NCBI GenBank assembly: GCA_036339875.1
Contig: JAYZAC010000089.1
Span: 1 to 11,428 of the forward strand
Source of the DNA: a bacterium
Lineage (GTDB): Bacteria > Muiribacteriota > UBA6191
Length of the DNA stretch: 11,428 nt
Reading direction: 5' to 3'
Part shown: positions 1-8,273 of the stretch, one piece after another
How positions within the stretch are numbered: the stretch's first letter is position 1
How the letters are laid out: every line of letters starts with the position of its first letter
The notes under the pieces: generated by a model
Seen by the model: only the letters and a program-made list of their open reading frames with translations
The model's database searches: none
What the model was told of the DNA's origin: nothing
Position numbers and translations under genes: made by a program

Positions 1-357
1 ACGCATTTCGGAGTCCAGTCAAAAGCTATACTCGTTGAAGAATATGTGAAGAAAAATGCTTATCGTTTGACTAATCCTGAATTTCGCCAGTGGGTTCTTG
101 ATTACCGTCAGAAAGTACCAGTTGGCAAAGGTATTTACACAGTTAATTCTTTAAGCGCAGAGGCAAAAGCAGCACTGTATTATTGCGAAGACAAATACTT
201 TGGTAGTTTGTTTTTTGGAATAGCTTCGGTTGTAGAAGCTATCCAGCAAAGTATTCAGGATTCTGAGTGGAAATCAGTCTCAGAAAAATTTATTGAGCGT
301 AATCAACACCGTCTTGGAAAGTACCAAACTGCCAAGTTGCGTAAGGCTTTTCCATAG
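1..357 (+). CDS. Hypothetical protein, 5'-truncated by window edge
   Basis: Frame 1 is open from base 1 (THFGVQSKAILVEEYVKKNAY...) to TAG at 355-357, so the GTG at 46 is probably internal. Followed by a terminator-like hairpin. No motif recognised. Confidence 0.7.
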   Translation, partial: THFGVQSKAILVEEYVKKNAYRLTNPEFRQWVLDYRQKVPVGKGIYTVNSLSAEAKAALYYCEDKYFGSLFFGIASVVEAIQQSIQDSEWKSVSEKFIERNQHRLGKYQTAKLRKAFP

Positions 358-380
358 TTTTTGCGAGATTATAAAAATTT

Positions 381-411
381 AAGACCCTCTGAATTGTTCG
401 GAGGGTTTTTT
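381..411 (+). terminator. Intrinsic terminator-like hairpin
   Basis: ACCCTCTGAA (384-393), TTG loop, TTCGGAGGGT (397-406): 10-bp stem with one G-U pair, then TTTTT (407-411), about 25 nt after the upstream stop codon. Confidence 0.75.
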
Positions 412-423
412 ATTGAGGGTACT

Positions 424-1344
424 ATGAACCCATTTGACTACATAAGAGATCCATTTGGATTTGGTAAGCGCAAGCTTACGAATCATTCAAAAAGTTTTGA
501 TACGCGTCCAAATTTAAGTGATTTAACAATTTTAGTTACTGGTGGGAGCAAAGGTATTGGTGCTGCACTAGTTAAGCAATTATTGGCTAGGGGAATCAAG
601 GTAGTTTGTGTTTCAAGATCAGTTCCTGATCAGTCGCCAAAATTAATACATATGCCTTTCGATTTATCAGAACCAAGTGATCTTGAAAAACTAGTTAAAA
701 ATTGTCCAGCTATTGATGGCATAGTTTTTAATGCTGGGGGTATGCCTCAGAAAGAACCTACAATCTGCACTGCAATTGATATTGATCGACTTTACCTTTT
801 GCATGTATTGGGGCCAGCTTGGATTACACAGCAACTTTTTAATTTAGAAAAACTACAAAAAGAATCAAGAATCATTGTTGTAACTTCGGGTGGAGCCTTA
901 CCAACGCCACTTAACCCAGAATACATGGGTAAACTTACAGAACCGTATGACAAGATTAAACAATACGCCTTTCATAAACGCTATCAAATACATCTGGTCG
1001 AATATTTTGAAAAAATCTACGGTAAAAAATCATGTAGTTTTTACAGCATGCATCCTGGTTGGGTTGATACACCTGGTTTAAGTCAAGGAATGCCGTCATT
1101 CCATAAGTTCACTCGTCCTATGTTAAGAGAGCCCAAAGATGGAGCTGATACTATTGATTGGTTGATGTGTTCAGAACTACAGCAATCTGGCAGAATGTAT
1201 TTCGATCGTCAGTCGATCAATTCTTACCCTTTATTTTGGGTTCAAAGGAACCCTAAGTCTGTAATGTTATTCATGCATAAACTTGAAAAGCAACTTCAAG
1301 AGTTCAATCTTTTGTTTGCTAAAACAAATGATTTATCAAATTAA
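424..1344 (+). CDS. Short-chain dehydrogenase/reductase, DHRS12-like (306 aa)
   Basis: TGGSKGIG Rossmann motif, NAG, catalytic YxxxK (YAFHK), and SMHPGWVDTPG typical of DHRS12-like SDRs. Start moved from TTG 361 to ATG 424 because the extension runs through the terminator and GAGGG (415-419) precedes ATG 424. Confidence 0.88.
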   Translation: MNPFDYIRDPFGFGKRKLTNHSKSFDTRPNLSDLTILVTGGSKGIGAALVKQLLARGIKVVCVSRSVPDQSPKLIHMPFDLSEPSDLEKLVKNCPAIDGIVFNAGGMPQKEPTICTAIDIDRLYLLHVLGPAWITQQLFNLEKLQKESRIIVVTSGGALPTPLNPEYMGKLTEPYDKIKQYAFHKRYQIHLVEYFEKIYGKKSCSFYSMHPGWVDTPGLSQGMPSFHKFTRPMLREPKDGADTIDWLMCSELQQSGRMYFDRQSINSYPLFWVQRNPKSVMLFMHKLEKQLQEFNLLFAKTNDLSN

Positions 1345-2088
1345 TGCGGTAGTCCAATCAGAATCAATTGGTTCAAATATCTGGAATAATTTTTTTGAGT
1401 TGTAGACAGGACCTGATAATGGATCTTTTGACAGCTGAAAGGGCAGGTTAAGCTTTTCAAATGCTGCTTTATAATACTCAAATCTAGTAGGACATTTGGC
1501 AACAGTACAGAGCAAAGTCGATGTGGTTTGCGTTTCTTTATGAAGTAAAAAAATCACTAATCGTTGTAAGTCGCGGTAACTGAAAAGGGCTAGTTGCTGT
1601 CCTGTTGGAATTGCTGGTATTTGTTTTGTTTTAGCTAAATAGGCAAATGGTCCTCTACCCTCTTTAAATAATCCGCCACAGCGCAGGACCCAACCTCTAG
1701 AAAATGATGATTTAAAGATGTTTTCTACTTCTTGACATGCTTTGGACCGCGAAGTGTTTCCACCTTGGGACTCTTCATCTACAGGTCCTTGAGTCCCTTG
1801 ATAATAGGAGGTAGAACTAATCAAAATAGCCTTACCGGTGAAGTTAGGATTTAAATCAACAAAGCTTTCAATTGCTTCAAATTGGTTGGGACTGCCATTT
1901 GTTGCGAAAACTACTGACTGTGTATCTAAATTACTTGGCATTATGGTACTCGCAATAATACCCTCTAATGACAATGCTTCAACAGAATCATGACTCTTTA
2001 CAATTCCCGTAAAATTGCCATCCCATTGATAAAAAATTAATTTTCCTAGAACACCGCATCCAATTACTATTAATTGATTATTAGACAT
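1336..2088 (-). CDS. Atypical SDR / NAD(P)-binding epimerase-like protein (YeeZ-like)
   Basis: N-terminal IVIGCGVLG dinucleotide-binding motif, LISSTSYY, VDEES and VLRCGGLF resemble the YeeZ-type atypical SDR pattern. ATG 2088 with upstream GGA preferred over TTG 2100. 3' end overlaps the convergent SDR by 9 nt. Confidence 0.72.
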   Translation of the reverse strand: MSNNQLIVIGCGVLGKLIFYQWDGNFTGIVKSHDSVEALSLEGIIASTIMPSNLDTQSVVFATNGSPNQFEAIESFVDLNPNFTGKAILISSTSYYQGTQGPVDEESQGGNTSRSKACQEVENIFKSSFSRGWVLRCGGLFKEGRGPFAYLAKTKQIPAIPTGQQLALFSYRDLQRLVIFLLHKETQTTSTLLCTVAKCPTRFEYYKAAFEKLNLPFQLSKDPLSGPVYNSKKLFQIFEPIDSDWTTALI

Positions 2089-2125
2089 AAAATTTTCCAA
2101 TGATTACAAAGCAATTACTCTAAAA

Positions 2126-2134
2126 TGTTACATT
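2126..2134 (+). promoter_or_regulatory. Putative extended -10 element (TGtTACATT) for the HAD gene
   Basis: TG-n-TACATT ends 6 nt before GTG 2141. No SD sequence upstream. Overlaps the palindrome AATGT-T-ACATT (2124-2134). Confidence 0.4.
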
Positions 2135-2140
2135 GTTTGT

Positions 2141-2707
2141 GTGCAATGTCAGCTTATATTTTATTGTGATTTAGATGGTGTTCTTACTGATTTTGAACGA
2201 CATATGATGCGAGAAGTTCCGCAATCATTACCCAAAGACTCTTTTTGGTGTAATTTACCCGACTTTAACTCTATAGATGAACTTCGAGCACACCTCGGAG
2301 ATGACTGGTATAAAATGACAGCAAGTCTACCTCAAACATTCTGGGAATTTATGCCTTGGATAGAAAATGCTAAATCTCTGTGGAAATATCTCGAAAATTA
2401 TCCAAGAATTATTCTAAGCACACCTGCTAGTAGTCGTAATTCTAAAATTGGTAAACAGCGTTGGATTCAGCGTGAGTTGGGTTCAGAAATTCCAAATATA
2501 ATTCAGCCTCACAAAGAACGATATGTTAAGCAGAATCTTTGTGTCCCCAATTCAATCCAGTCTCAACGCCTAATTAAAGTATTAATCGATGATCTAGATA
2601 GAAATATAGATTCATGGATTGCACAGGGTGGTGTCGGAATTCTGCATAAGTCGGCTAATACAACAATAAAGAAGATTCGCGAGATTGAAGCAAACATCTC
2701 CGTATGA
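2141..2707 (+). CDS. HAD-superfamily hydrolase, 5'(3')-deoxyribonucleotidase (NT5C)-like
   Basis: HAD motif I CDLDGVLTDF, FW..MPW, motif II ILST, K.RW, and motif IV LIDD..RN..SW...GGVGILH, as in NT5C-like nucleotidases. Confidence 0.82.
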   Translation: MQCQLIFYCDLDGVLTDFERHMMREVPQSLPKDSFWCNLPDFNSIDELRAHLGDDWYKMTASLPQTFWEFMPWIENAKSLWKYLENYPRIILSTPASSRNSKIGKQRWIQRELGSEIPNIIQPHKERYVKQNLCVPNSIQSQRLIKVLIDDLDRNIDSWIAQGGVGILHKSANTTIKKIREIEANISV

Positions 2708-2716
2708 GCAAGAGCA

Positions 2717-2746
2717 TTGACCAATTGGGGTTGTGTGAGGTATAAA
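2717..2746 (+). promoter_or_regulatory. Putative sigma70 promoter for the cNMP-EAL gene
   Basis: TTGACC (2717-2722), 18-nt spacer, TATAAA (2741-2746). RBS AGGAG at 2767-2771 lies 7 nt before ATG 2779. Confidence 0.55.
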
Positions 2747-2778
2747 CCTGTCCGTTAAGCTTTCATAGGAGTCATGAG

Positions 2779-3969
2779 ATGGAAGAAGCAATCTATTCAA
2801 AGTCGTTTCGAGACGGAGAAAACATTTTTAATGAGGGTGATGATGGCAATTGCGCATTCATCATAGAACTCGGACGGGTAGAAATTTATACCTGCGATGG
2901 AGATGTTGAAACTCCCATTTCAATTTTGGGTCCTGGTGAAATCTTCGGTGAAATGGCTGTAATTGATATTTCCAAGCGTTCAGCCTCAGCACGTTCGGTA
3001 GGTGATGCGAAGCTTACCATAGTCTACAGGGAACAGCTGATTTCGAGAATTAAGGAAGCTGATGCCATTGTGAGACTGCTTATTTCAGTTCTGTTAAATC
3101 GTGTGAGAAGTAATATTAAAGGCCATCGTAACGAGCTCGATGAACTTCTAAATACCGACGTTGGTGGAAATGTTAGAGCATTTCAAGATCGGGCAATGGA
3201 GAAGATACGTTTAGAGAGGGACATTATGAAAGCCGTGGAGGATCAAGACTTCACTCTAAACTATCAGCCTATTGTTGATTTAGAAAAGAAGCGCTTGGGA
3301 GGCTATGAAGCTCTCGTGAGATGGTTTCATCCAAAGCGTGGGCGAGTGCGACCAGATCATTTCTTAGGTTTAGCGGAAGAAACTTCTTTGATTGTGCCAA
3401 TCGGTTTATGGGTATTCAGACAAGCCTGTCACGATCTACATCGTATGCAAAAACAATGCGATCACAAGATATTTATGAGTATCAACATTTCTGGACGTCA
3501 AATGATGTCAGCTTCATTCTTTGATGATATTGAGCAAATAATCAAAGAAGAAGATGTACCTGCAGATCAGGTAAAGCTAGAAATAACAGAGCGTGTACTT
3601 GTAGAAGGTTCACTGGCAGTTGAATGGATCAATCGCTGCAGAGAAATGGGCTTTCTAGTAGCACTTGATGATTTTGGTACGGGCTACTCATCACTGAGTT
3701 ATCTCTCCGAGTTTGATATTGATAATTTGAAAATAGATCAAGCCTTTATCAGAAAGATGAACGAGGATGATAAAAGTCGCGTTCTTGTAGAAACCCTAAC
3801 GAAAATGGCTAGTGGTCTTGGGCTCTCTACAATCGCCGAGGGTATCGAGGAGAAAGATCAGTTGGATCAACTTCGCGAAATGGGTATTGATTACATTCAG
3901 GGTTACTACTATGGTAAACCTGAACCGTATGATGATGCGCTGAGACATCTCAACGCACATTTTGAGTGA
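2779..3969 (+). CDS. Cyclic-nucleotide-binding domain plus EAL c-di-GMP phosphodiesterase
   Basis: N-terminal cNMP domain (IFNEGDDG, FIIELGRVEI, GEIFGEMAVID..KRSASA). EAL domain with YQP, EALVRW, INIS, LEITE, LDDFGTGYSSL, KIDQAF, AEGIE and QGY all intact. No GGDEF domain. Confidence 0.95.
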   Translation: MEEAIYSKSFRDGENIFNEGDDGNCAFIIELGRVEIYTCDGDVETPISILGPGEIFGEMAVIDISKRSASARSVGDAKLTIVYREQLISRIKEADAIVRLLISVLLNRVRSNIKGHRNELDELLNTDVGGNVRAFQDRAMEKIRLERDIMKAVEDQDFTLNYQPIVDLEKKRLGGYEALVRWFHPKRGRVRPDHFLGLAEETSLIVPIGLWVFRQACHDLHRMQKQCDHKIFMSINISGRQMMSASFFDDIEQIIKEEDVPADQVKLEITERVLVEGSLAVEWINRCREMGFLVALDDFGTGYSSLSYLSEFDIDNLKIDQAFIRKMNEDDKSRVLVETLTKMASGLGLSTIAEGIEEKDQLDQLREMGIDYIQGYYYGKPEPYDDALRHLNAHFE

Positions 3970-3997
3970 TCTTTGCCTCTCTAGTCTTATTTGATTA

Positions 3998-5380
3998 TCA
4001 GTTCAACTCTATGTAACTTAGATAGCCTTGACGGATTATAACCAAGAAAACGGCTCTCGAATTGCGCACCGCTGATAGTGCTTTTTGAAGTGATTTACTA
4101 TCAACGACTTTTCTTCTATTCACTTGTATGATGAGATCGTTCTCTTGTAGTCCGCTTCGTTCAGCGAGGCTATTAGGTTTAACTCCAGTAACTAAAACTC
4201 CTTCGAGGTCACGATCAAGTCTTAAACTTCTTCTGTCTCTGAAATTTAGATCCTTAATTCGTAAACCGATCGCGTTGAGAGCTGTACCTCCACTAGATTT
4301 TGAAGGTTCACTTAAAGTAATCTTGAGTTCTATTGGACGATTATCTCTAAGAATTTGAAATTTACCTTCTTCACCAACTGGTATCTCTTGAATCTTACCG
4401 ATTAGAACCTCTCGATTTTCAACTAAAGTACCATTTACTCTAATGATGATATCTCCATCCAAGAGACCGGCTTTAGATGCAGGTGTACCGGGTATAACCC
4501 TAACAACATTAACACCTTTGGCCAGTCGTAAGTTTTTTTGCCTAGCTAACTCGGGAGTAAGATCTTGAATTTGTACTCCTAACCAAGAACGTCTCACTTC
4601 ACCAAATTTGGCTAAATCTCCAGTTATCCTGCGAGCCAAATTAACTGGAATAGCGAATCCTAGTCCCTGACCCATTGGGTTTATAGCGGTATTGATACCG
4701 ACTACTTTGCCATTTATATCCAAAAGAGGACCTCCTGAATTACCAGGATTTATGGATGCGTCGGTTTGAATAAGATTGTTGTAACTTGTCTGTCCCTTGA
4801 AATCTAGAGATCTTCCTTTAGCTGAAACGATACCAAGAGTAACAGTTTGATCTAGCTTAAAAGGCGAGCCTATGGCTATTACCCATTCTCCAACTCGAAG
4901 TTTTCCGCTGTCACCTAATTCTGCAACGAATCGGGGTGCAAAAGAACCATCAAAATCCTTATCATTAATTTTGAGAACTGCGATATCTCGAGTGGGATCT
5001 CCGCCCAAATAATCACACTGATATACTCGTCCATCCTTCATGGTAACAGTGATATCATCGGCACCTTCAATTACATGATTATTGGTTAAAATTAGCCCCG
5101 AATTATCGTAGATAAAGCCACTACCAACTCCCTTTTCTCTAGGCATAACGTTGTTTGGTACTTCAAAAAAGAAGTCAAAAAGTGATCCGAAGCGACCGGA
5201 GCCTCGCCTACCGCCATAGACAGCAACATTGACCCGTGCTGTTACGTGAACAACAGAGTTTTCAACCTTTTGAACAACTTCAGCGATACCGTTATCCTGA
5301 AGATTTGTAGTAAATGCTTGCAAGCTAGTTAAAACTACACTGATCAAACAAAAGCTAAGTAATTTTGTAATGAATCGCAT
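3998..5380 (-). CDS. degP: Do/DegP/HtrA family periplasmic serine endoprotease with two PDZ domains
   Basis: Signal peptide; GSGF; triad TNNHV / DIAVL / GNSGGPL; IQTDASINPG; PDZ1 (WLGVQIQ...PASKAGL..GDII) and PDZ2 (GVLVT..AERSGL..NDLI). degP versus degQ cannot be resolved by eye. Confidence 0.93.
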   Translation of the reverse strand: MRFITKLLSFCLISVVLTSLQAFTTNLQDNGIAEVVQKVENSVVHVTARVNVAVYGGRRGSGRFGSLFDFFFEVPNNVMPREKGVGSGFIYDNSGLILTNNHVIEGADDITVTMKDGRVYQCDYLGGDPTRDIAVLKINDKDFDGSFAPRFVAELGDSGKLRVGEWVIAIGSPFKLDQTVTLGIVSAKGRSLDFKGQTSYNNLIQTDASINPGNSGGPLLDINGKVVGINTAINPMGQGLGFAIPVNLARRITGDLAKFGEVRRSWLGVQIQDLTPELARQKNLRLAKGVNVVRVIPGTPASKAGLLDGDIIIRVNGTLVENREVLIGKIQEIPVGEEGKFQILRDNRPIELKITLSEPSKSSGGTALNAIGLRIKDLNFRDRRSLRLDRDLEGVLVTGVKPNSLAERSGLQENDLIIQVNRRKVVDSKSLQKALSAVRNSRAVFLVIIRQGYLSYIELN

Positions 5381-5389
5381 GGACTATCC

Positions 5390-6304
5390 TTAATTTATTT
5401 CAGCTTTAAAAGCAGAATCGAGCTCCGTATGTTGAAATTCGAAACCGAGTGATTGTAAATTTTTTGGAATCGCTCGAACACTAGATAGTAGTAGCTCTTC
5501 TGCCATTTGTCCCATTGCTAATTTTAGTCCAAAAGCAGGTGCAGGTATGATGGCGGGACGGTTTAAAAAGTTACCCAAGGCTTTTGTAAATTCAGCATTT
5601 GTCATTGGGTTTGGACTACAGAAATTGAAAGCACCTTCCGCACTGTTATTGTCTAGACAGAATGAAAAAGCACTCACTAAATCTGTAAGACTAATCCAAG
5701 ACATATATTGTTTTCCATCACCTAAAGGTCCGCCCATTCCCATTTTAAAGACAGGCAGCATCTTCTCAAGTGCCCCTCCGTCGGGTGAGAGTACTATACC
5801 TATCCGAGCATTAATAACGCGGGCATTGGCAATATTCTGAGTATATTTTTGAGCTTCTTGTTCCCAATCTTTGGCTACAGATACCAAGAATCCGTTGGCA
5901 CTAGGGTCCTCTGTTGTGCTCTCAAGGAGAATTGTATCCTTTCTGTCACCATATATGCCCACTGCAGATGCACAAATAAATGTTAAAGGAGGGGTATCAA
6001 GTGCGGATAAGCGCTCTACCAATAATCTTGTACTCAGAATTCGCGATTCGTAAATACGTTGTTTAATCTTTTTGGACCATCGTCCAGCCGCCACGTTTTC
6101 ACCGCTTAAATGGACTACTGCATCAATTTTAGTATTTTTAGGTAAATCAATTTGATCTTTGGCATTCCAGTAAAATTCATTTTGAGCTGGCTTACGACGA
6201 ACTAGACTGTATATATTATGACCCTCTGAGGCCAAATTTTTCTTTAATGCACTACCAACGAGACCGGAACCACCTGTGATTAATATATTAGAGCCTGATT
6301 TCAT
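5390..6304 (-). CDS. TIGR01777 family oxidoreductase (YfcH-like NAD-dependent epimerase)
   Basis: ITGGSGLVG, VVHLSGENVA..RW, ASAVGIYG, DWE, RIGIVL...GGAL, GGPLGDGKQYMSWI, L..LGFEF. RBS AGGAG. Only 9 nt separate it from degP, so likely an operon. Confidence 0.93.
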   Translation of the reverse strand: MKSGSNILITGGSGLVGSALKKNLASEGHNIYSLVRRKPAQNEFYWNAKDQIDLPKNTKIDAVVHLSGENVAAGRWSKKIKQRIYESRILSTRLLVERLSALDTPPLTFICASAVGIYGDRKDTILLESTTEDPSANGFLVSVAKDWEQEAQKYTQNIANARVINARIGIVLSPDGGALEKMLPVFKMGMGGPLGDGKQYMSWISLTDLVSAFSFCLDNNSAEGAFNFCSPNPMTNAEFTKALGNFLNRPAIIPAPAFGLKLAMGQMAEELLLSSVRAIPKNLQSLGFEFQHTELDSAFKAEIN

Positions 6305-6411
6305 AAAACTCCTGTGACGCGAATTTATAACATTTTAAATTAGCTACTTATTAAAAATTATCAAGTGACGTCAAAACTTTCCAGTGTATGATCAATAATA
6401 GATTTGTAATT

Positions 6412-6420
6412 TGATACAAT
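6412..6420 (+). promoter_or_regulatory. Putative extended -10 promoter element (TGaTACAAT) for dgt
   Basis: TG-n-TACAAT at 6412-6420 in the divergent AT-rich spacer. It overlaps the ORF-track ATG 6419, favouring the ATG at 6443. Confidence 0.45.
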
Positions 6421-6442
6421 GCGAGCTCGAAAGTTGATATTG

Positions 6443-7801
6443 ATGGATTGGAATAAGCTACTTAGTACTCGACGTTTAGGTCGGGATGAACCTTACGATA
6501 CAAGAGGCAGGTCGGCCTATCAGCGAGATCATGATCGAATTGTTTTTTGCTCTGCATTCCGTAGAATGCAAGACAAAACACAGGTTTTTCCTCTGGCGCA
6601 TGTTGACTATGTGAGAACTAGATTGACTCATTCATTGGAAGTGAGCTGCGTTGGGCGCAGTCTCGGTCTTGCTGTAGCTGCCGACTTAATCGAGCGCTAT
6701 AGACTCAAAGATATAATAAGTTTAGATCTGGGTGCTCTGGTTGCAGCAGCTTGTTTAGCTCATGATATCGGTAATCCACCCTTTGGACATTCCGGTGAAC
6801 AGGCGATTCAACATTGGTTTAAGCAGTCTGATAAAGGGCAAGAAATTATTCAATCTCTTGATGAATCGCATCGTGAAGATTTTCTTAGATTTGAGGGTAA
6901 TGCACAAGCTTTAAGAATTTTAACTAAATTACAACATCCAAATAATAATGGTGGTTTACAACTTACTTGCGCAACATTAGCGGCCATGTGTAAATATCCT
7001 CGTCCAGCATTATTTTCAAAAACAGCTGATATGGGTATCTCTAGTAAGAAGCCAGGTTATTTTAAAAGTGAAGAACAAATATTTTGGCAGGTAGCTAAGG
7101 AGGTCGGATTACAGAAGAGATCTAATGGTTCTTTCACTAGACATCCATTAGCATTTCTTGTGGAGGCCGCTGATGACATCTGTTATCACTTCGTTGATTT
7201 TGGTGATGGATTTCGCTTGGGTCACATTAGTTATGATGAGGCATATGAGTTATTACTCAATGTTCTCGATGATCAGCGCGAAAATGTCAAGCAGCGAATT
7301 TCTGTATTCGAGGAGCCAAAGGAAAGAGTCGAGTACTTGGTTGGAAAGGCAATTAGCGAATTAATTGTTCAGGTTAGTCATCGATTTATGCAAGTAGAGC
7401 CTCTTATTCTATCCGGTGAGTTCGACCAAGAGTTAATAAGTCAGGTAAAGAGTGCTCCATACTTAGAGAAAATAAAAAAGTTATCGATACAGAAGGTTTA
7501 TGGAGCACAAGAGGTTATTGAGGTTGAAGCCGCTGGATTTGAAGTTTTGGGAGGATTATTGGAATTTTTGGTAGGAGCAGTCGAGGATAACGCACTAAGA
7601 AGAGACAAGACTTCAGCACGAAGCAAAAAACTGTTACAACTAGTACCTACTCAATTTTTGGGTCCAGGACGCAAAGTGAGTGAGGACAGGTACACAAGAG
7701 TACAAAAAATTACAGATTTTATTGCTGGCATGACGGACAGTTACGCTATGACATTTTACAGAAAACTAACTGGCATCCAGTTCATGGGAGGTATTCGATG
7801 A
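6443..7801 (+). CDS. dgt: Deoxyguanosinetriphosphate triphosphohydrolase (HD-domain dNTPase)
   Basis: RDHDRI..CSAFRRMQDKTQVF, RTRLTHSLEV, LAHDIGNPPFGHSGE, FEGNAQ..R, KYP, EAADDICY, DFIAGMTD. MDWNKLLS is a typical N-terminus; alternative start at 6419. Confidence 0.96.
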   Translation: MDWNKLLSTRRLGRDEPYDTRGRSAYQRDHDRIVFCSAFRRMQDKTQVFPLAHVDYVRTRLTHSLEVSCVGRSLGLAVAADLIERYRLKDIISLDLGALVAAACLAHDIGNPPFGHSGEQAIQHWFKQSDKGQEIIQSLDESHREDFLRFEGNAQALRILTKLQHPNNNGGLQLTCATLAAMCKYPRPALFSKTADMGISSKKPGYFKSEEQIFWQVAKEVGLQKRSNGSFTRHPLAFLVEAADDICYHFVDFGDGFRLGHISYDEAYELLLNVLDDQRENVKQRISVFEEPKERVEYLVGKAISELIVQVSHRFMQVEPLILSGEFDQELISQVKSAPYLEKIKKLSIQKVYGAQEVIEVEAAGFEVLGGLLEFLVGAVEDNALRRDKTSARSKKLLQLVPTQFLGPGRKVSEDRYTRVQKITDFIAGMTDSYAMTFYRKLTGIQFMGGIR

Positions 7802-8256
7802 GGGTACTGAGCGCTGTAGCTATAACATTTAGCTTGTTGATATTAGGTGGTTGCAAATATGGGATGTCTGATAACCCTACAGTAGTAGAGGATAATCCTG
7901 AATTATTTGATAAAAGAGGTAGATCTGTTGAAGCAGTTGGTATCAATGCCGGTAATGACCGTTTTTTAATAGTGATTCCTCGAGGAGTAAAAGGTAGTGT
8001 AGCTGAGGCAATCAATATAACTAGAGCCACCGATGCTAAAGGTAGTCTCAAGGGTATTGATTTTAGTCTTTACAGAGGAAATGCGAAAAAAGTTTCCGAA
8101 AACACACCGTTAGGTAATTTTGAAATTTTGATAACTGAAAAAGCCAAGGACATAGGAGATTTACGGTTATTAATCGGTATTGATGACAAGAAAATTGTTA
8201 TGGAAGCCACTCATCCGAAATCAGGCATTATATTGCCGATTAATCGGGTCAAATAA
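7798..8256 (+). CDS. Lipoprotein consisting of a stand-alone Hsp70-like substrate-binding beta domain
   Basis: Signal peptide with lipobox LGG-C19. Residues ~45-143 align by eye to the DnaK SBD-beta. ATGA overlap with the dgt stop codon, with GGAGG upstream. Confidence 0.75.
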   Translation: [152 protein letters not shown]

Positions 8257-8273
8257 AACTAATCAAATATAAT

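Noticed and set aside
361..423. 21-aa N-terminal extension of the SDR from TTG 361
   Set aside because: Runs through a terminator hairpin and has no RBS; ATG 424 has one.
890..1081. 63-aa alternative-frame ORF
   Set aside because: Wholly inside the SDR gene; no motif or RBS.
2612..2800. 62-aa minus-strand ORF
   Set aside because: Antisense to the HAD and EAL genes and spans a promoter; shadow ORF.
3321..3524. 67-aa alternative-frame ORF
   Set aside because: Inside the conserved EAL domain; no protein-like features.
4128..6053. Plus-strand ORFs 4128-4358, 5547-5840 and 5871-6053
   Set aside because: Antisense shadows of degP and the TIGR01777 gene.
6366..6373. Palindrome TGACGTCA in the divergent spacer
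   Set aside because: Only 8 bp. The overlapping minus-strand TTGACG lacks a well-spaced -10, so there is not enough support to call a site.
7158..8051. ORFs 7158-7364 (+) and 7782-8051 (-)
   Set aside because: Overlap dgt or the lipoprotein gene, which have much stronger evidence.
7798..8256. dnaK pseudogene interpretation
   Set aside because: Intact ORF with a dedicated lipoprotein signal, translational coupling and clean domain boundaries; no ATPase-domain remnant nearby.
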